Positions 1 through 13,914 of a DNA stretch of 64,000 nt are shown one piece after another. The stretch's first letter is position 1. Every line of letters starts with the position of its first letter. Under the pieces are notes generated by a model. That model saw nothing but the letters and a program-made list of their open reading frames with translations. It was not told where the DNA came from and ran no database searches. The stretch comes from Psammoneis japonica (lineage: Eukaryota), in NCBI GenBank assembly GCA_008632985.1, contig QPGO01000156.1, positions 1 to 64,000 of the forward strand, read 5' to 3'. The translations under genes were made by a program, and so were the position numbers.

Positions 1-2337
1 TGTCTGACTCAGCTTGACCTTGCTGTCCTGACTTTGGCCCCAAACCTTGGGTCCAAAGATGACAAACTTGTTGCAAAACTTGCTCTGCTTGCCAACACCG
101 ACATGTTTGCCACAAACGGGGTGGATGCATCATGCACAAGGTTGTGTGTGTGAATGTCTGCCATGAACCCATTGTTGGCTGGATGTTCCTCAACCTCAGA
201 TGCCATGCAACGTGCTGCCTGCAATGACCACAGCTGCAACACAGACTTGTTTCTTGTTGGTGTTGATGATCATGCTTCATGTTGTTTGACCAACAACAAG
301 TCTGATCTTGTTTCGCCGCCAATGAAGGTTCATGTCAATGTCAAGGGCATCACTGGCAATGTGATCACCTCCTGCAAAGGAACTGTCTGCTGGAATATCC
401 AAGATGACAAGGCGAGACCCATGTCTTGCATGTCCCTGGCGTCTGATGCGTTCCCAACCTGCCAATGCAGCTGCTGTCTCTGCAACACCTGGCTCAAGCT
501 CTCAAGCAACAAGAGCACACTCATGAAGGGACTCATGCTGTTGCCACAAACAACTGCATTGTGCTTGAGTGGATGGACCAGAAATGCACGCGGTCGGTCC
601 CCTCAACAAAAGCAATGTTGGTGTCTTTTGCTCTGTCCCTTCTTTTAAGTCCCTTTGGGCACTGTGCGAAACATGCGACCATTGTCAAGACGAAAAATTT
701 TGTGCTTTCCAAGCAAACATCCCTGCACCCAAAGATGACACCCCTGACCCTGCCACTGCTTTTGCACATGCTGCTTTGCCTGATGGGGTCCAAGAGCATG
801 CCAAGTGTCACTCCAAATCGACCCATGTCCATGCTGATGAAGTCCCTGACAATGCTGCTCTTCCAAGTGACACAGCTGACACTGCTGACAACTCAACACC
901 TTTGCCAAGCACCAGTGCAGTCAATTTTAACTTTGCAGCTGATGGTTCGGATGCTGTTCCAGTCATTGAAGATGAAAACCTGTCACCCCAATGAGCCCAT
1001 CACAAGAAATGCTGTTGTGGCACTGCCAACTCGTGCACCCCCCGTTTTTGTGAATTAAATCTGTGGCATGGACTGGAGACTTGCACAAGAGACTTGTGGA
1101 GTGTCGCGTGCCCCAGTGTGCTGTGTGTTGATTCAGAAAAGTGACAAAAGCCCCTTGGAAGGTCAAAGGCAACTTTAAACAAAACAAAATGTTGAAGGCT
1201 GTGGAACCCGGTCAGTGTGTGTTGGTGGATCAGCTGGGCATGACAACACCAGACCCAGCCAGTCAGTTGAAAGGATGGGCAACAACAAAACAACACCGGC
1301 ATGCTGCCACATTTGTCGATCATTGCTCTGATCTCTCTTTTGTCTAACTGCAAACAACAACAACAACTGGGGTTGAGACTGCGGTGGCAAAGCGCGCCTT
1401 TGAAGCATGCTCGCAATCACTTGGAGTGCAAATTCATCACTGTCATGCTGACAATGGCCATTTTGCTGACAATGCGCATCTCTCTGCTGTTAAAGAAGCA
1501 AGCCAATCAACATCTTTTTGTGGAGTCAATGCTCACTTTCAAAATGACAGGGCCGAGAAGACAACACGCAACCTTCAAGATTCTGTTCAAACAGAGCTGA
1601 TGCACATGCAAAGCATCGGTGGCCAAAGGCAGTGGAAGTTGCCCTCTGGCAGTCAGTCAGGAAGCCTCTCCTGTGTTGAACTTTTTGCAAAAGCACCGGC
1701 AAAACCCAAACTTCGACATTGCAGCCCAACAAGACTGTTCCCAAGTGAGGCCCTCATTCCCGAGTTGGCTCACATGTTGGACCATCACCACAGCACTCTG
1801 GTTTGGTTGCTTTGGTGTTAAATCCAGTGACGGGCATGGTCTCTCCTCAACATCATGTGAGATTTGACAATTTGTTCAAAATGCTCAATTCTCAATGCGT
1901 GGTTGAGTCCTGCTGGCAACAGATCTGTCATTTCCATGACTCAAAAGTGCAGCCATGACTGGAAGAGACGACTGAGCAGAAAGCAACAACAACGGTCATT
2001 GCTCATCCCAGAATGGAACTTGTCACTCTCTGTGATGTTGAAATGCAAGATGTGCCTCAGGATGCGATGGTGCCAGAGGAGGTTCCTTTGGAGGAGGAAG
2101 ACATGGCAATGGAGTCAAATGAGGGAGCATCTGAAACTCCAGAACAACTGTCTGAACTGCTCATTCCTGATCCAGAGCTGCCACCAGAAGTGCAGACAAC
2201 CCAACCCGGATGCAAAATTCAGCTGACACAACGAATGATTGAGTCGGAACTGCAATGACAGGCCAGTGTAATTTCACACAAGGTTGGGTTTGATGCACTG
2301 GACCAAGACATGCACTGAGAACAGGATTTTGAGTCTG

Positions 2338-4740
2338 AACTTGATGATCCCATTGCATGTTCTGTGAAAGCATCAGCCGATCCTAATGCCATGCATCTTC
2401 ATGAGGCTGTGAGGCAACCAGATGCTGGTCAGTTCAAGGAGGCCATGATTGAGGAGGCACAGGATCATGCCATGCAACAGCACTGGGAACTGTGTGAGAA
2501 AACAGATGTGCCTGATGATGAAACCATTTTACCTGCAGTGTGGTCTGTGAGCCATGTGCACTGGTGCAAAAATCACGCAGAATTTTTGCGTAGAAAAAAT
2601 CACAAAAATCAGGGTTTGGGCCAATTTTTTTTTCTCATGCTTCTGTGCCGTGCTTCTCGGCTCCACCGATGCCTCAAGGAATTGGTTTCCCTCAAAACCA
2701 TTGACACCTCACATGATGACTTTTACATGAGTGACACTGTTCTGTGCATGAACAGTTCAAAGCTCCATTTTCAGAAATTCAATCAGCACTTCACCACACG
2801 GTTCCACCACGGTGAACATTTCCCAATGATGGAGTTTTGCCAAACTGTGGATGTTGTTGTGTTTGTCATCAAAAAGCAAGCATGCAAAGTGTCAATCATT
2901 GTGACTGAAATTGATTCCTCAAGGTTGTGGCCCATTTTTTGCAAAGCACGGGAAAAGCAGGATGAACAAGACATTCCACATGAATTTTCTGCGCAAGTTT
3001 TGCACCAGAAATTGGCCCAAACCCTGTTTTTTGGGACCCACAACCCCTGCACATGGCTTGTGAAGCACAAATGCTGAATCCACACACGCGAGATCTGTGT
3101 GGAAGAGTCGGCTCAATCTTGGAGGGCACAAGCAAATCCATGGAAAGCACTGTGACCAGACTTGTGCACCAGCTTTGTCTTGGACAATGACCCGGTTGCT
3201 CCTGTGTCTCTGTGTTGTGCATGCATGGCTGGCATTGAAGACAAGTAAATTTTGTCCTGGCATGTCCTCAAGCAGACATTCCATGACCAACCTTCATGGA
3301 GCCACCCAAAAGAGCAATGTTTCCTGGGGGATCGATGGCAACAAGCATTGTCTCCACGTTGAGAAAAACATTTGCGGTGGACATGACAGTGGACAAACTT
3401 GGTGCAAACACCTGTGATCTGGATTGTTGCAAATCGGATTCACAGTTTCCAAGTGCAATGGGAGTGTGCATTTTACAAGAGAGCAACAGTCTCATTGGTG
3501 TGCACTGATGATTGCCCAATCTTTGACAAGGAGTCTGCTCACAACATTGACAAGGTCACCAAGTTAATGCAAACCACATGATTTGATGTGGAAGATGAAG
3601 GAACACAAGTGATGAATGCCATGGAGTCAAGATTCAGAAGGAGAGCAACCGCTGTCACTTGGCTCAGCCTCATCTTGTCAACAGCATCCTCATTGATCTT
3701 GGCCTTGTCAACAAAGACGGCTCTCCAAAGAAAGGTGCAACTGCCAGAGATTTCCAAGCCAAACTTGATGATCCCATCACTTGCTCCTTGAAGGCCTCTG
3801 CTGACCCGGATGCTGTGCACGTGCATGAAGCCATGAAGCAGCCAGATGCAGCACAGTTCAAGGAGGCTGTGGTCAAGGAGATGCAGGACCACACCACTTG
3901 CAAGCATTGGGAGTTGTGTGAGAAAGCTGGTGTCCCCGATGACAAGACTGTCTTGCCGGCAGTGTGGTTGATGAAGTGCAAGTGCCAAATTCACACACCC
4001 AAAGTCTGCAAGTGGAAGAGTTGACTCAATCTGGATGGGCACAAGCAGATTCCTGGAAAACACCATGACCAGACTCATGTGCAAGCTTTGTCATGGACAA
4101 CAATTTGTTTGTTTCTGCATCACTGTGTTGTGCATGGCTGGCATTCAAGACAAGTCAATTTTGTCCTTGCGCACCCACAAGCAGACATTCCACAACCTGC
4201 CTTCTCATGGAACTGCCCAAGGGAGTGACTTTCCCCCGCATTGGCATCTCCAAGCAAGGTGTGCTGGAAGTGTGGGTCAGCCGGCACCAGTGTTGCTGGG
4301 CAAAGGTGCAACAGCACTTAAAATTGGGTTTGTTTTTTTGTGTTGAGAAGAACATCTGCAGCGGACATGACAATGGACAAACTTGGTTGTGCGAAAACAC
4401 CTTAGAGCCGGATCATTGCAACTTGGATTTGTTCCATTGGAGTGCAATGAGTGCATCTTCCATGAGGGATCAACAGTCCCACTGGTCTGCACAGATGATT
4501 GTCTCATCTTTGATGAAGAGTCTGCGGCCAACATTGACAAGGTTGTCAAGTTGATGCAAACCACATTTGATGTGGAGGATGAAGGAACCATTGATGAGCA
4601 CCTGGGAGTCAAGATTCAGAGGGAGAAGGACCGATGTCACTTGGCCCAGCCCCACCACATCAACAGCATCCTTGTTGATCTTGGACTTGTCAATGAAGAT
4701 GGCACACCCAAGAAAGCAGTGACCACCAGAGAGCTTCCAG
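2338..4740 (+). repeat. Tandem duplication of the RT segment (about 2338-3760 versus 3761-4740)
   Basis: Both units begin AACTTGATGATCCCAT and run colinearly through the CTDD and AQPH..NSIL..LGLVN motifs. Confidence 0.85.
2550..3058. mobile_element. MITE (509 bp) inserted in the first RT copy
   Basis: Perfect 11-bp TIR AGCCATGTGCA...TGCACATGGCT, 4-bp TSD TGTG (2546-2549 and 3059-3062), subterminal inverted blocks (CAGGGTTTGGGCCAATTT / AAATTGGCCCAAACCCTG). Removing it restores colinearity with the second RT copy. Confidence 0.88.
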
Positions 4741-6476
4741 CTCTCACTGCAAAGCTCATTGGACCTGACTTTGATGGAGACAAATTTGACTGTGATTTTG
4801 ACTGCCGATCCGTCATGGGCAAAGCAAACTTCCTTGAGAAGTCCACTTGCCCTGGTGTCACGTGTGCAACTCATCAACTAGCTTGGTTCACGGCCAATCC
4901 AAAGCAATCCCATGGTGCAGCTCTTAAACACCTCAGTTGGCACCTGCCATTGATGCATGACAAAGGCCACTGCATTCAGACCCCACCTGATGGCACCAAG
5001 AGCTTTGAGTGCCATGTGGGTGCTGATTTCTGTGGCAATTGGGACAAAACAATCATGGCAGAGAATCCCAACACAGCAAAGTCTCGCGGCGGCTGTGTTG
5101 TCAAGCATGGAGGAGCCCCTCTCCATTGGTCATCAAAGCCACAAACTCAATTTGCTCTCAGCAGCAGTGAGAGTGAGCATTTGGCCCTGTCAGCTGTCAC
5201 CAGACACGTCAAGGTGTCTGTGCATCTGTTGGAAGAAGTCAACAAACTTCACTGCCCAGTGACAACCACGCCCACAGTTTTTTGCAAGCTTTTTGAGGAC
5301 AACTCTGCAGCACTCGAAATGGGCAAGGCACCCAAGATGAGGCCCAGGACGTGCCACATTGACAATGTCTGTCACCACTTCCATTCAGAGGTTGCCAATG
5401 GACGCTTGCTGATTGAACCATCGGTGAGTGTGTGGAGGAGAGGTTCTGACTTTAACAACAGCATCATGTCAACGGCTGCAAGAGGCAAGGGCGTCATGAC
5501 TCATGGCATGAACGTGGGAAAGTTGGCGGCATTGCCACTTTAGCGTCGCAGCGACCTCGATGGGATGTGTTTTCACACAAAACCGCGACAGTGCACACAC
5601 ACTCCCGTGGACCGTAACACATTGTAGCTGGCACACAGACAGATTTCTATGCGATTTCTATGCACCTCATACAAATCATGCAGCGAGCCCTGCCAGCACA
5701 AAATGTCTGCCCTCCAACCCAATGTGAAGTGTCGCGGCTGATGATTTTCATTCTCTCAATTTCGGGAAACTCGGTGCAAGGAGGAGTCGACACCGCATCT
5801 GCAGTGGCCCTGGGACTGAAGTCAAAAGCTTGTCAAAAGGACATCTGCAAGATGACAGAACAAACAAAGAGCTGAGCCCAGCGTCAAAGAATCACAACGA
5901 AGCTGTCAAAAGACACCAGCTCGATTCCGAGGTGACGGTGACCAGATGCAAAAAATCGACACTGCTCATCGAATGGAGTGCACTGTGTAACGAAACCCCA
6001 GCCAGTCGCACGCTACTTTGCACCTCCGACAAGAACAGCATGAGACATGTAGTTTGCCTGGGTCTGGAGGCCACCACGTACACCAGAACTCAGAACCGTG
6101 GGAGGTCTTCTCTGTCTTCTTCCGTACCACTTACAGACCTCCCAGTTGGGAGTGGTACATAAGATTCCGTTCCGGCAAAGAGTGCTCGCTATTTTTCTAC
6201 GAGGGAGGGTCCGTACATTTCTACGTGTGCTGAGAGCACCATCTTGCGCTGTGACGACTCGCGCAAATCTGCGCCATAATGATTGACGTAAGGATCCTAC
6301 AGGGACGAAATCAGCCACGAAAAAGCACGCAAAAAATCCCAAGGCCAACCAGGGCAACACTGGAGCACACAAACATTGCCATTGAAGTTTAGACCAGTCT
6401 GTTTGCATAGAGCTAAGCTTCTCCGCAGTAACTCAACACTCAAGGCATACATACTCTCCATAAAGGACCCTCTTGA

Positions 6477-9022
<2,546 letters not shown>

Positions 9023-9145
9023 TCAGCTTTTATAGAAGAATTGTTCCATTTGTCTTGTCTAATTTTCTATTATTGAGTATACAATATGCCATTGCCGTTA
9101 CTGCGTTCTGCGTAAATATGAATTCATGTAGATTGTTTCTAGTCC

Positions 9146-10105
9146 TCAAGGAATGCGGTTCTGCCAGTTTCGACAAAGAGAACGCAGGTTCAAGTTTGGA
9201 AAGATCGTCGCGTTTTCTAAAGGGAGATTGGTGATAGGGGACCTCGGAACGTGCTGATCTCTCAAGACCCGCATTATGGCTTCCTTTTCATAGGTGTGCC
9301 CGTCCGATGCCACAACCGGGTCGCTCATGAGTTCCTTCGTGATTGGGCACAGCAGCTCATTTGGTATGATTCTTCCTGCGTTTCGAGCTATACCTGCAAT
9401 CATGTTTCTCGCACATTCAATTTCGCCTCTCTTGCTCGATATCCAGTCCTCCAAGGTTCGTTCTGCATTGTAAATCTTATCATTGGTTCGCCCTCGCTCT
9501 TCGGTAATGGACTCTTCAAGATTCTTGTTCGACTGTTCGAGCTTTCTTATCAGTCGTCGTATGGCACTCTCATTTTGCTTTATGCGGGCTGCAGTGACGG
9601 CCACACGTGCTTCGCAAAGCCTTTGCTGCTTTTCAGACCACCTTCCAACTCCGGAGATGTGGTTATGTAATGCTCTTTCGGCGTCTTCAACCCACGTTGT
9701 CAAGCTGTTTGCGAGCTCATCTCGGTTTCCACAAAGCGTTGGTTCACAGGGCATGTCACCTGGTTCCGGACAAGCAGTATCCGCCTCGCTCAAGAAGGAA
9801 AGATCTCCGAATGAATAATCAGAGCTACTTTCGTAACCGATTGAGCTGTCTTCCTCGGCCCCATCGGTATTAAACGGGCTTAGCGTAGGGATTGTGCCGA
9901 TCGTAGGAATTGAGCTGGTCGTAGGGATTGAGCTGATCGTCGGGATTGAGCTGTCGTCAAAGCCGGTATGCTGGGAATGGGAAAGAATCGCAATGCCGTC
10001 GCGTTCGTTATGGTCAGACATACTGCTGGTATCTGGTGCTACTCTTGATCCTCCCACCCTAGGCTCTCTAGGTCGAAACCACCTCTGTCTGATAAACCGA
10101 AACAT
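9146..10105 (-). CDS. U-box domain protein (E3 ligase-like) with coiled coil
   Basis: C-terminal ELLCPITKELMSDPVVASDGHTYEKEAI..SPITNLPL..PNLNLRSL; short SSIPT(I/T) repeats near the N-terminus. Confidence 0.88.
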   Translation of the reverse strand: MFRFIRQRWFRPREPRVGGSRVAPDTSSMSDHNERDGIAILSHSQHTGFDDSSIPTISSIPTTSSIPTIGTIPTLSPFNTDGAEEDSSIGYESSSDYSFGDLSFLSEADTACPEPGDMPCEPTLCGNRDELANSLTTWVEDAERALHNHISGVGRWSEKQQRLCEARVAVTAARIKQNESAIRRLIRKLEQSNKNLEESITEERGRTNDKIYNAERTLEDWISSKRGEIECARNMIAGIARNAGRIIPNELLCPITKELMSDPVVASDGHTYEKEAIMRVLRDQHVPRSPITNLPLENATIFPNLNLRSLCRNWQNRIP

Positions 10106-10619
10106 GCCAACAACAAGAGAGGTACACAGGCTGCTCCTATCGTTTTTCGAATGCTTGCTTACATTTTCTGGAGCAGTTGAATGTACAAAGTCTTTGAATG
10201 CTTGTCAGGGTTTCAATTTTTTCGAATGGACGCACGAGTCGACGAAGTCTTTGAAAATACCATTCTTTTTATCGAATACTGTACCAGGCTTTTTGCGAAT
10301 GGATGCACTACTGAAAATCCGCTTTGGTCGGTCAGCCGCGAAGATTTGCTGTATGGTGAAAAGTCATATTTACCATTGACATGGAATGAAGCGCTAAATG
10401 AGGAAATGCGCCTCATGTAGGCTTGAATCGATTTGCCGAAAGTCGAAAACTTTTGCTGGACAAGCTCCCTTCCTTTCGCGTCACACCCATTGCTGAAACT
10501 GATCGCAGAAGCAAGACTTTGTGTGAAGATCGTGTCCAAGTCGACCAGTAAGGTGCAGACTCCAACACGTACTGACTGACTATTGGGAAAACAGGGGTTG
10601 CGACTCTGTCCCACCGGCC

Positions 10620-11687
10620 TTACGCATCCCCAAATATTTCATCAAAGACATCTGCCTTCTTCTTACGTTTCTTTTTCCTGCGTTCCTTCTTACTTTTTGA
10701 TTCTGTATCGCCTTTTCGTTTTTTGCTCTTGCTTGATGCATCACTCTTTGCTGCTTGAAGTTGCTGTACGAATCCCATGTGTGCATCTTGCCCATCGTCC
10801 CGACCGACACTCGGCTCGTTCTTGTTGCTTTTGTGCTCCTTGACCGCCGCTGTAGTATCGTGAGCACCAGTCGAAAAGTCGACACTTTCGCCTAGATCAT
10901 AGTCGTCTTGATGATCAAGTGCTTCTGCTTCATTCGAAGCAATATCAGGCGTTGCTCTGTCACTTGATTCAGGCGCACTGGCCATGTCTGTTGCAATGGA
11001 GGATGATTCGTCTCCTTCTGACATTTTCTTGTTTTCCGCAGCTTGTAGTCCTAAGCTGGTTCGCGTAGCTTGTCGATATCGGCGTTTCTGTCTATTCACC
11101 ATGGACGATTTATTATGCTTCTCCTCTACAAAGAGCTTCATTGTATCATCCACGAGCTGGCTCGAGAGTGTTTCCGGTGACATTATCGGACTCCAGCAAG
11201 AGCGCAAAGCCACCAGCCCCTCCCTTCCAATTCTCATGACCAAAGCCCGTACTCTTGCCAATGCCGAAATTGCAATTGTGCAAAAGGGTAAAAAGTATCC
11301 ACGTGCAATTTCCGTCAACAGTGCCGAAGAAGCGTGTTGAATGCGAGATAGAATTTCGGGAAGCCCATTTACCAGTGTGTCATGCAATTCTCGTACTTTG
11401 TGACGGAGCTTTTCGGCTGATTTGTCTTCTTGGCTCTTGCTGTGGAGTACCCACTCTTCCTGTTTTCTCTTGGTTCTCTCTTCATCCACACATTGTTTCT
11501 GGATGGAATCGATTCGCTCTCGTAGCGTCTGTACCTTGTAACGTTTTACGGCACGAAGCACCATGGAGGTTCGTTGGAAGTAGCGTGTTTTGCCTTGCGC
11601 GCTCCAGTTTCGATTCAGCAGTTTTGTCAAAACAAACAAGTCGAGATTCAAGGCATCGTCCAGTGGTGTTGGTAACGACAACGACAT
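10620..11687 (-). CDS. NEPRO/Rmp1-like (DUF4477) nucleolar protein
   Basis: LLNRNWSAQGKTRYFQR, GYFLPFCTIAISALARV and a Lys-rich tail ending DVFDEIFG resemble this family; recognised from memory only. Confidence 0.6.
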   Translation of the reverse strand: MSLSLPTPLDDALNLDLFVLTKLLNRNWSAQGKTRYFQRTSMVLRAVKRYKVQTLRERIDSIQKQCVDEERTKRKQEEWVLHSKSQEDKSAEKLRHKVRELHDTLVNGLPEILSRIQHASSALLTEIARGYFLPFCTIAISALARVRALVMRIGREGLVALRSCWSPIMSPETLSSQLVDDTMKLFVEEKHNKSSMVNRQKRRYRQATRTSLGLQAAENKKMSEGDESSSIATDMASAPESSDRATPDIASNEAEALDHQDDYDLGESVDFSTGAHDTTAAVKEHKSNKNEPSVGRDDGQDAHMGFVQQLQAAKSDASSKSKKRKGDTESKSKKERRKKKRKKKADVFDEIFGDA

Positions 11688-12134
11688 GTTGCTGTTGACT
11701 CCGGTCTACTGCGTATCCAATGGATGCTCTACATCATTCTGCTCTGCGCGCTTCGTTCTTTTTCAGCACAAGCGAGCGAGCGAGCGCAGCGCGCGCGGGT
11801 TTCTACGATTTTTAGCACGACAGACCGATGTTGATAGAGGTCATCCTACCCCGGTACCGGTACCGGTACTCTCTACCCTCTCTCTATCTACAGTCTCTAC
11901 TCTCTACTCTTAGCTACTAGAGAGCTCTCTAGTACCGGTAGATGTTAGAGCTAGGAAAACTCTCTCCCTATAATCCCTTGCTACTCTCTAGATAGTACGG
12001 TACGACAGCGGCGGGTAAAACAAAACACGGAACTATGGTCTAAACATTTTTAAAAACTATGGTTTGATGAGAGCTAACAACATTGATAGGAGCAAGCTTT
12101 GGATGGCCATGCTCGAAGTCCCGCTGTACAGAAC

Positions 12135-13481
12135 CTAAGGGGACACCATATCAGGAGTTAGCATCAAAAGTGGATCGCTCAAGCGGAAAACTAGTAGAAA
12201 GGACGCCATCAAAATGGTTGCCGAAATGATAGACAAAAGAGAAGGAGTCGATGAACTCTTTGCGACTCCTTTGCTGATCTTGGCATTCTCAAAGTAGAGT
12301 TTGGAGAATTTTACCACGTCGCAAGCAGTAACCGGTTCGTGGGCCTTCTCAAAGTCCCAGTTTTCAGACATGACATGGTCAAAGTTCTCGTAGATTGTGC
12401 CAACCAACCTTGCCGCACGCTGGCCCTTGGCAAACCTGATGATGACAAGCTCAATAGCTCGTAAGAAATCTCGGAGAGCATCGTTCTTGACATGGAAACG
12501 TGAGACACTGGGAGCAATCAAGCGGAAGAGCTCCAACGCCGTGAATTCTGATGAGGAGGTAGCTGAAACAATTGGATGATAGTATGCACCGTCTTCTTCT
12601 TCAGCCGGCTTGGCCTCCTGGCAGGCTCCACGAATAATGTCCACAGCAACATCTTCGACAAAAACGCCGTTAAGGTTGCCTTCAGAACGGGGAAAGCGAA
12701 CGACGGGGTGGTGTGCGAGATCCGCAAATGCAAGGAGCCCGGTTCTGATTCCTTGTCCGTGCTCTCCGTCGCGGCTAGGAGCAACAATCGAAGGCCGCAC
12801 AATAGAAATGGGGAGGCTTGGGTAACGTTCATGAAGCAGACATTCCATCAGGTGCTTTGAGAAGGCGTAGGTATTGACCTTGTGGTGTGCCGAGATATCA
12901 ACGTCCAGGTCATTCAGTAACTCAGGCCACTGAGCGGAGCCGGTAACAACGTCCTCATAAAACTTGGATGGGGTTGTAACATCTCCCAACAGAAATGGGA
13001 TTCTGTTGTCTTGTCTACGCTGATATGGCAACGGGGGCTGCACATAAGCGGTAGAAACCACATTAATACCTTTCACTCTGGTTCCCATCTTCTCGCACTG
13101 TTGTAGAATGGATAGCATCGGTTCGATATTGTCCTTTAGAATCTTCTGCAAAGACACAAAGAACTTTACGCCGTACGCGTTCAAGATAACCCGAGTCACA
13201 TCGGAAGGAACATCATCCTCCACGCCAACATAGGTGGTCTTCTTGCATTCGCCGAACAGTGCATGAAACCGCTCCAAACCGGTTTGTCCTTTCTTGTCTC
13301 GTACCGGGCAATATACTTTTTCGATCGAATCATCCTCATGGCACGCTCGAACAATGGCTTGGCCTACAAAGCCGGTGGCTCCAGTGAGATAGACGACTTC
13401 CTTCATTGCTGTGTTCAAGGGCATGTCACAAAAAGAATTGAGGTGAGAAAACAGAATCAATGTAATCCCAAATATATCCAT
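12135..13481 (-). CDS. Fatty acyl-CoA reductase-like extended SDR (male-sterility NAD-binding domain) with hydrophobic C-terminus; true start uncertain
   Basis: LTGATGFVG, VYCPVRDKKG, VSTAYV, NTYAFSK (YxxxK), IVRPSIV. Confidence 0.85.
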   Translation of the reverse strand: MDIFGITLILFSHLNSFCDMPLNTAMKEVVYLTGATGFVGQAIVRACHEDDSIEKVYCPVRDKKGQTGLERFHALFGECKKTTYVGVEDDVPSDVTRVILNAYGVKFFVSLQKILKDNIEPMLSILQQCEKMGTRVKGINVVSTAYVQPPLPYQRRQDNRIPFLLGDVTTPSKFYEDVVTGSAQWPELLNDLDVDISAHHKVNTYAFSKHLMECLLHERYPSLPISIVRPSIVAPSRDGEHGQGIRTGLLAFADLAHHPVVRFPRSEGNLNGVFVEDVAVDIIRGACQEAKPAEEEDGAYYHPIVSATSSSEFTALELFRLIAPSVSRFHVKNDALRDFLRAIELVIIRFAKGQRAARLVGTIYENFDHVMSENWDFEKAHEPVTACDVVKFSKLYFENAKISKGVAKSSSTPSLLSIISATILMASFLLVFRLSDPLLMLTPDMVSP

Positions 13482-13914
13482 AGTAGCAAAGCATCTTCAT
13501 TACCTACCTCCTATCTACGGTAGCCTAACCTCTGGGCTTGCTTTGGTGTGGTTCCTTTTGTAGACTACAGTAGGGCTACCTATCAACAATTTGTGATGCT
13601 GTGAATGAGTGAAGCGACTATCGCTAACTTGCTCAACGGCTCACGGTCTCTAATGTATGTAGACTCTCCCGGTATGGTATATATGTAATGTACATCTCAC
13701 TCTATTTCACACTGTAACGTACTGTATGTGCGGTAGTTAAATAAATCGCCAATCGACCGTTAGACATAATATGTTTACCTTCATCGCATTTATGCTTTCA
13801 TATCTCTCTCTTACCCATAGAGAAATATACGGTATGTCATATTATATCGCCACACTTTGCAAGTCAAACTATGATAGTACTGTACTGTACGGTACTGTAG
13901 ACTAATACGACACA

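Larger units (their letters stand above)
150..5420 (+). mobile_element. Degenerate Ty1/Copia (CoDi-like) LTR retrotransposon pol remnant: protease region, integrase, two RT segments, RNase H
   Basis: Motifs: VGVDDHASCC..KGTVCWNIQDD; PGQCVLVDQL; AKRAFEACSQSLGVQIHHCHADNGHFADN (integrase); DPNAMHLHEAVRQPD..ILPAVW; LVCTDDC (YxDD site); VGADFCGNW..SSKPQTQFALSSSESEH..FEDNSAALEMGKAPKMRPRT (RNase H). Order INT-RT-RH is Copia-type. Many stops and frameshifts. Confidence 0.92.

Noticed and set aside
1..5420. Alternative genetic code or Tyr-free proteins as an explanation
   Set aside because: TA is lost in all codon positions, across codon boundaries and in non-coding MITE DNA; neighbouring genes use Tyr normally.
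1..5420. Classical RIP or CpG deamination as the sole cause of decay
   Set aside because: CpG decay is present (e.g. KSRLN to KS*LN near 4022), but RIP would create TA and CpG decay cannot remove it.
5420..6050. 3' LTR or polypurine tract of the Copia element
   Set aside because: RNase H breaks off near 5420 into unrelated sequence; no matching LTR is visible in the window.
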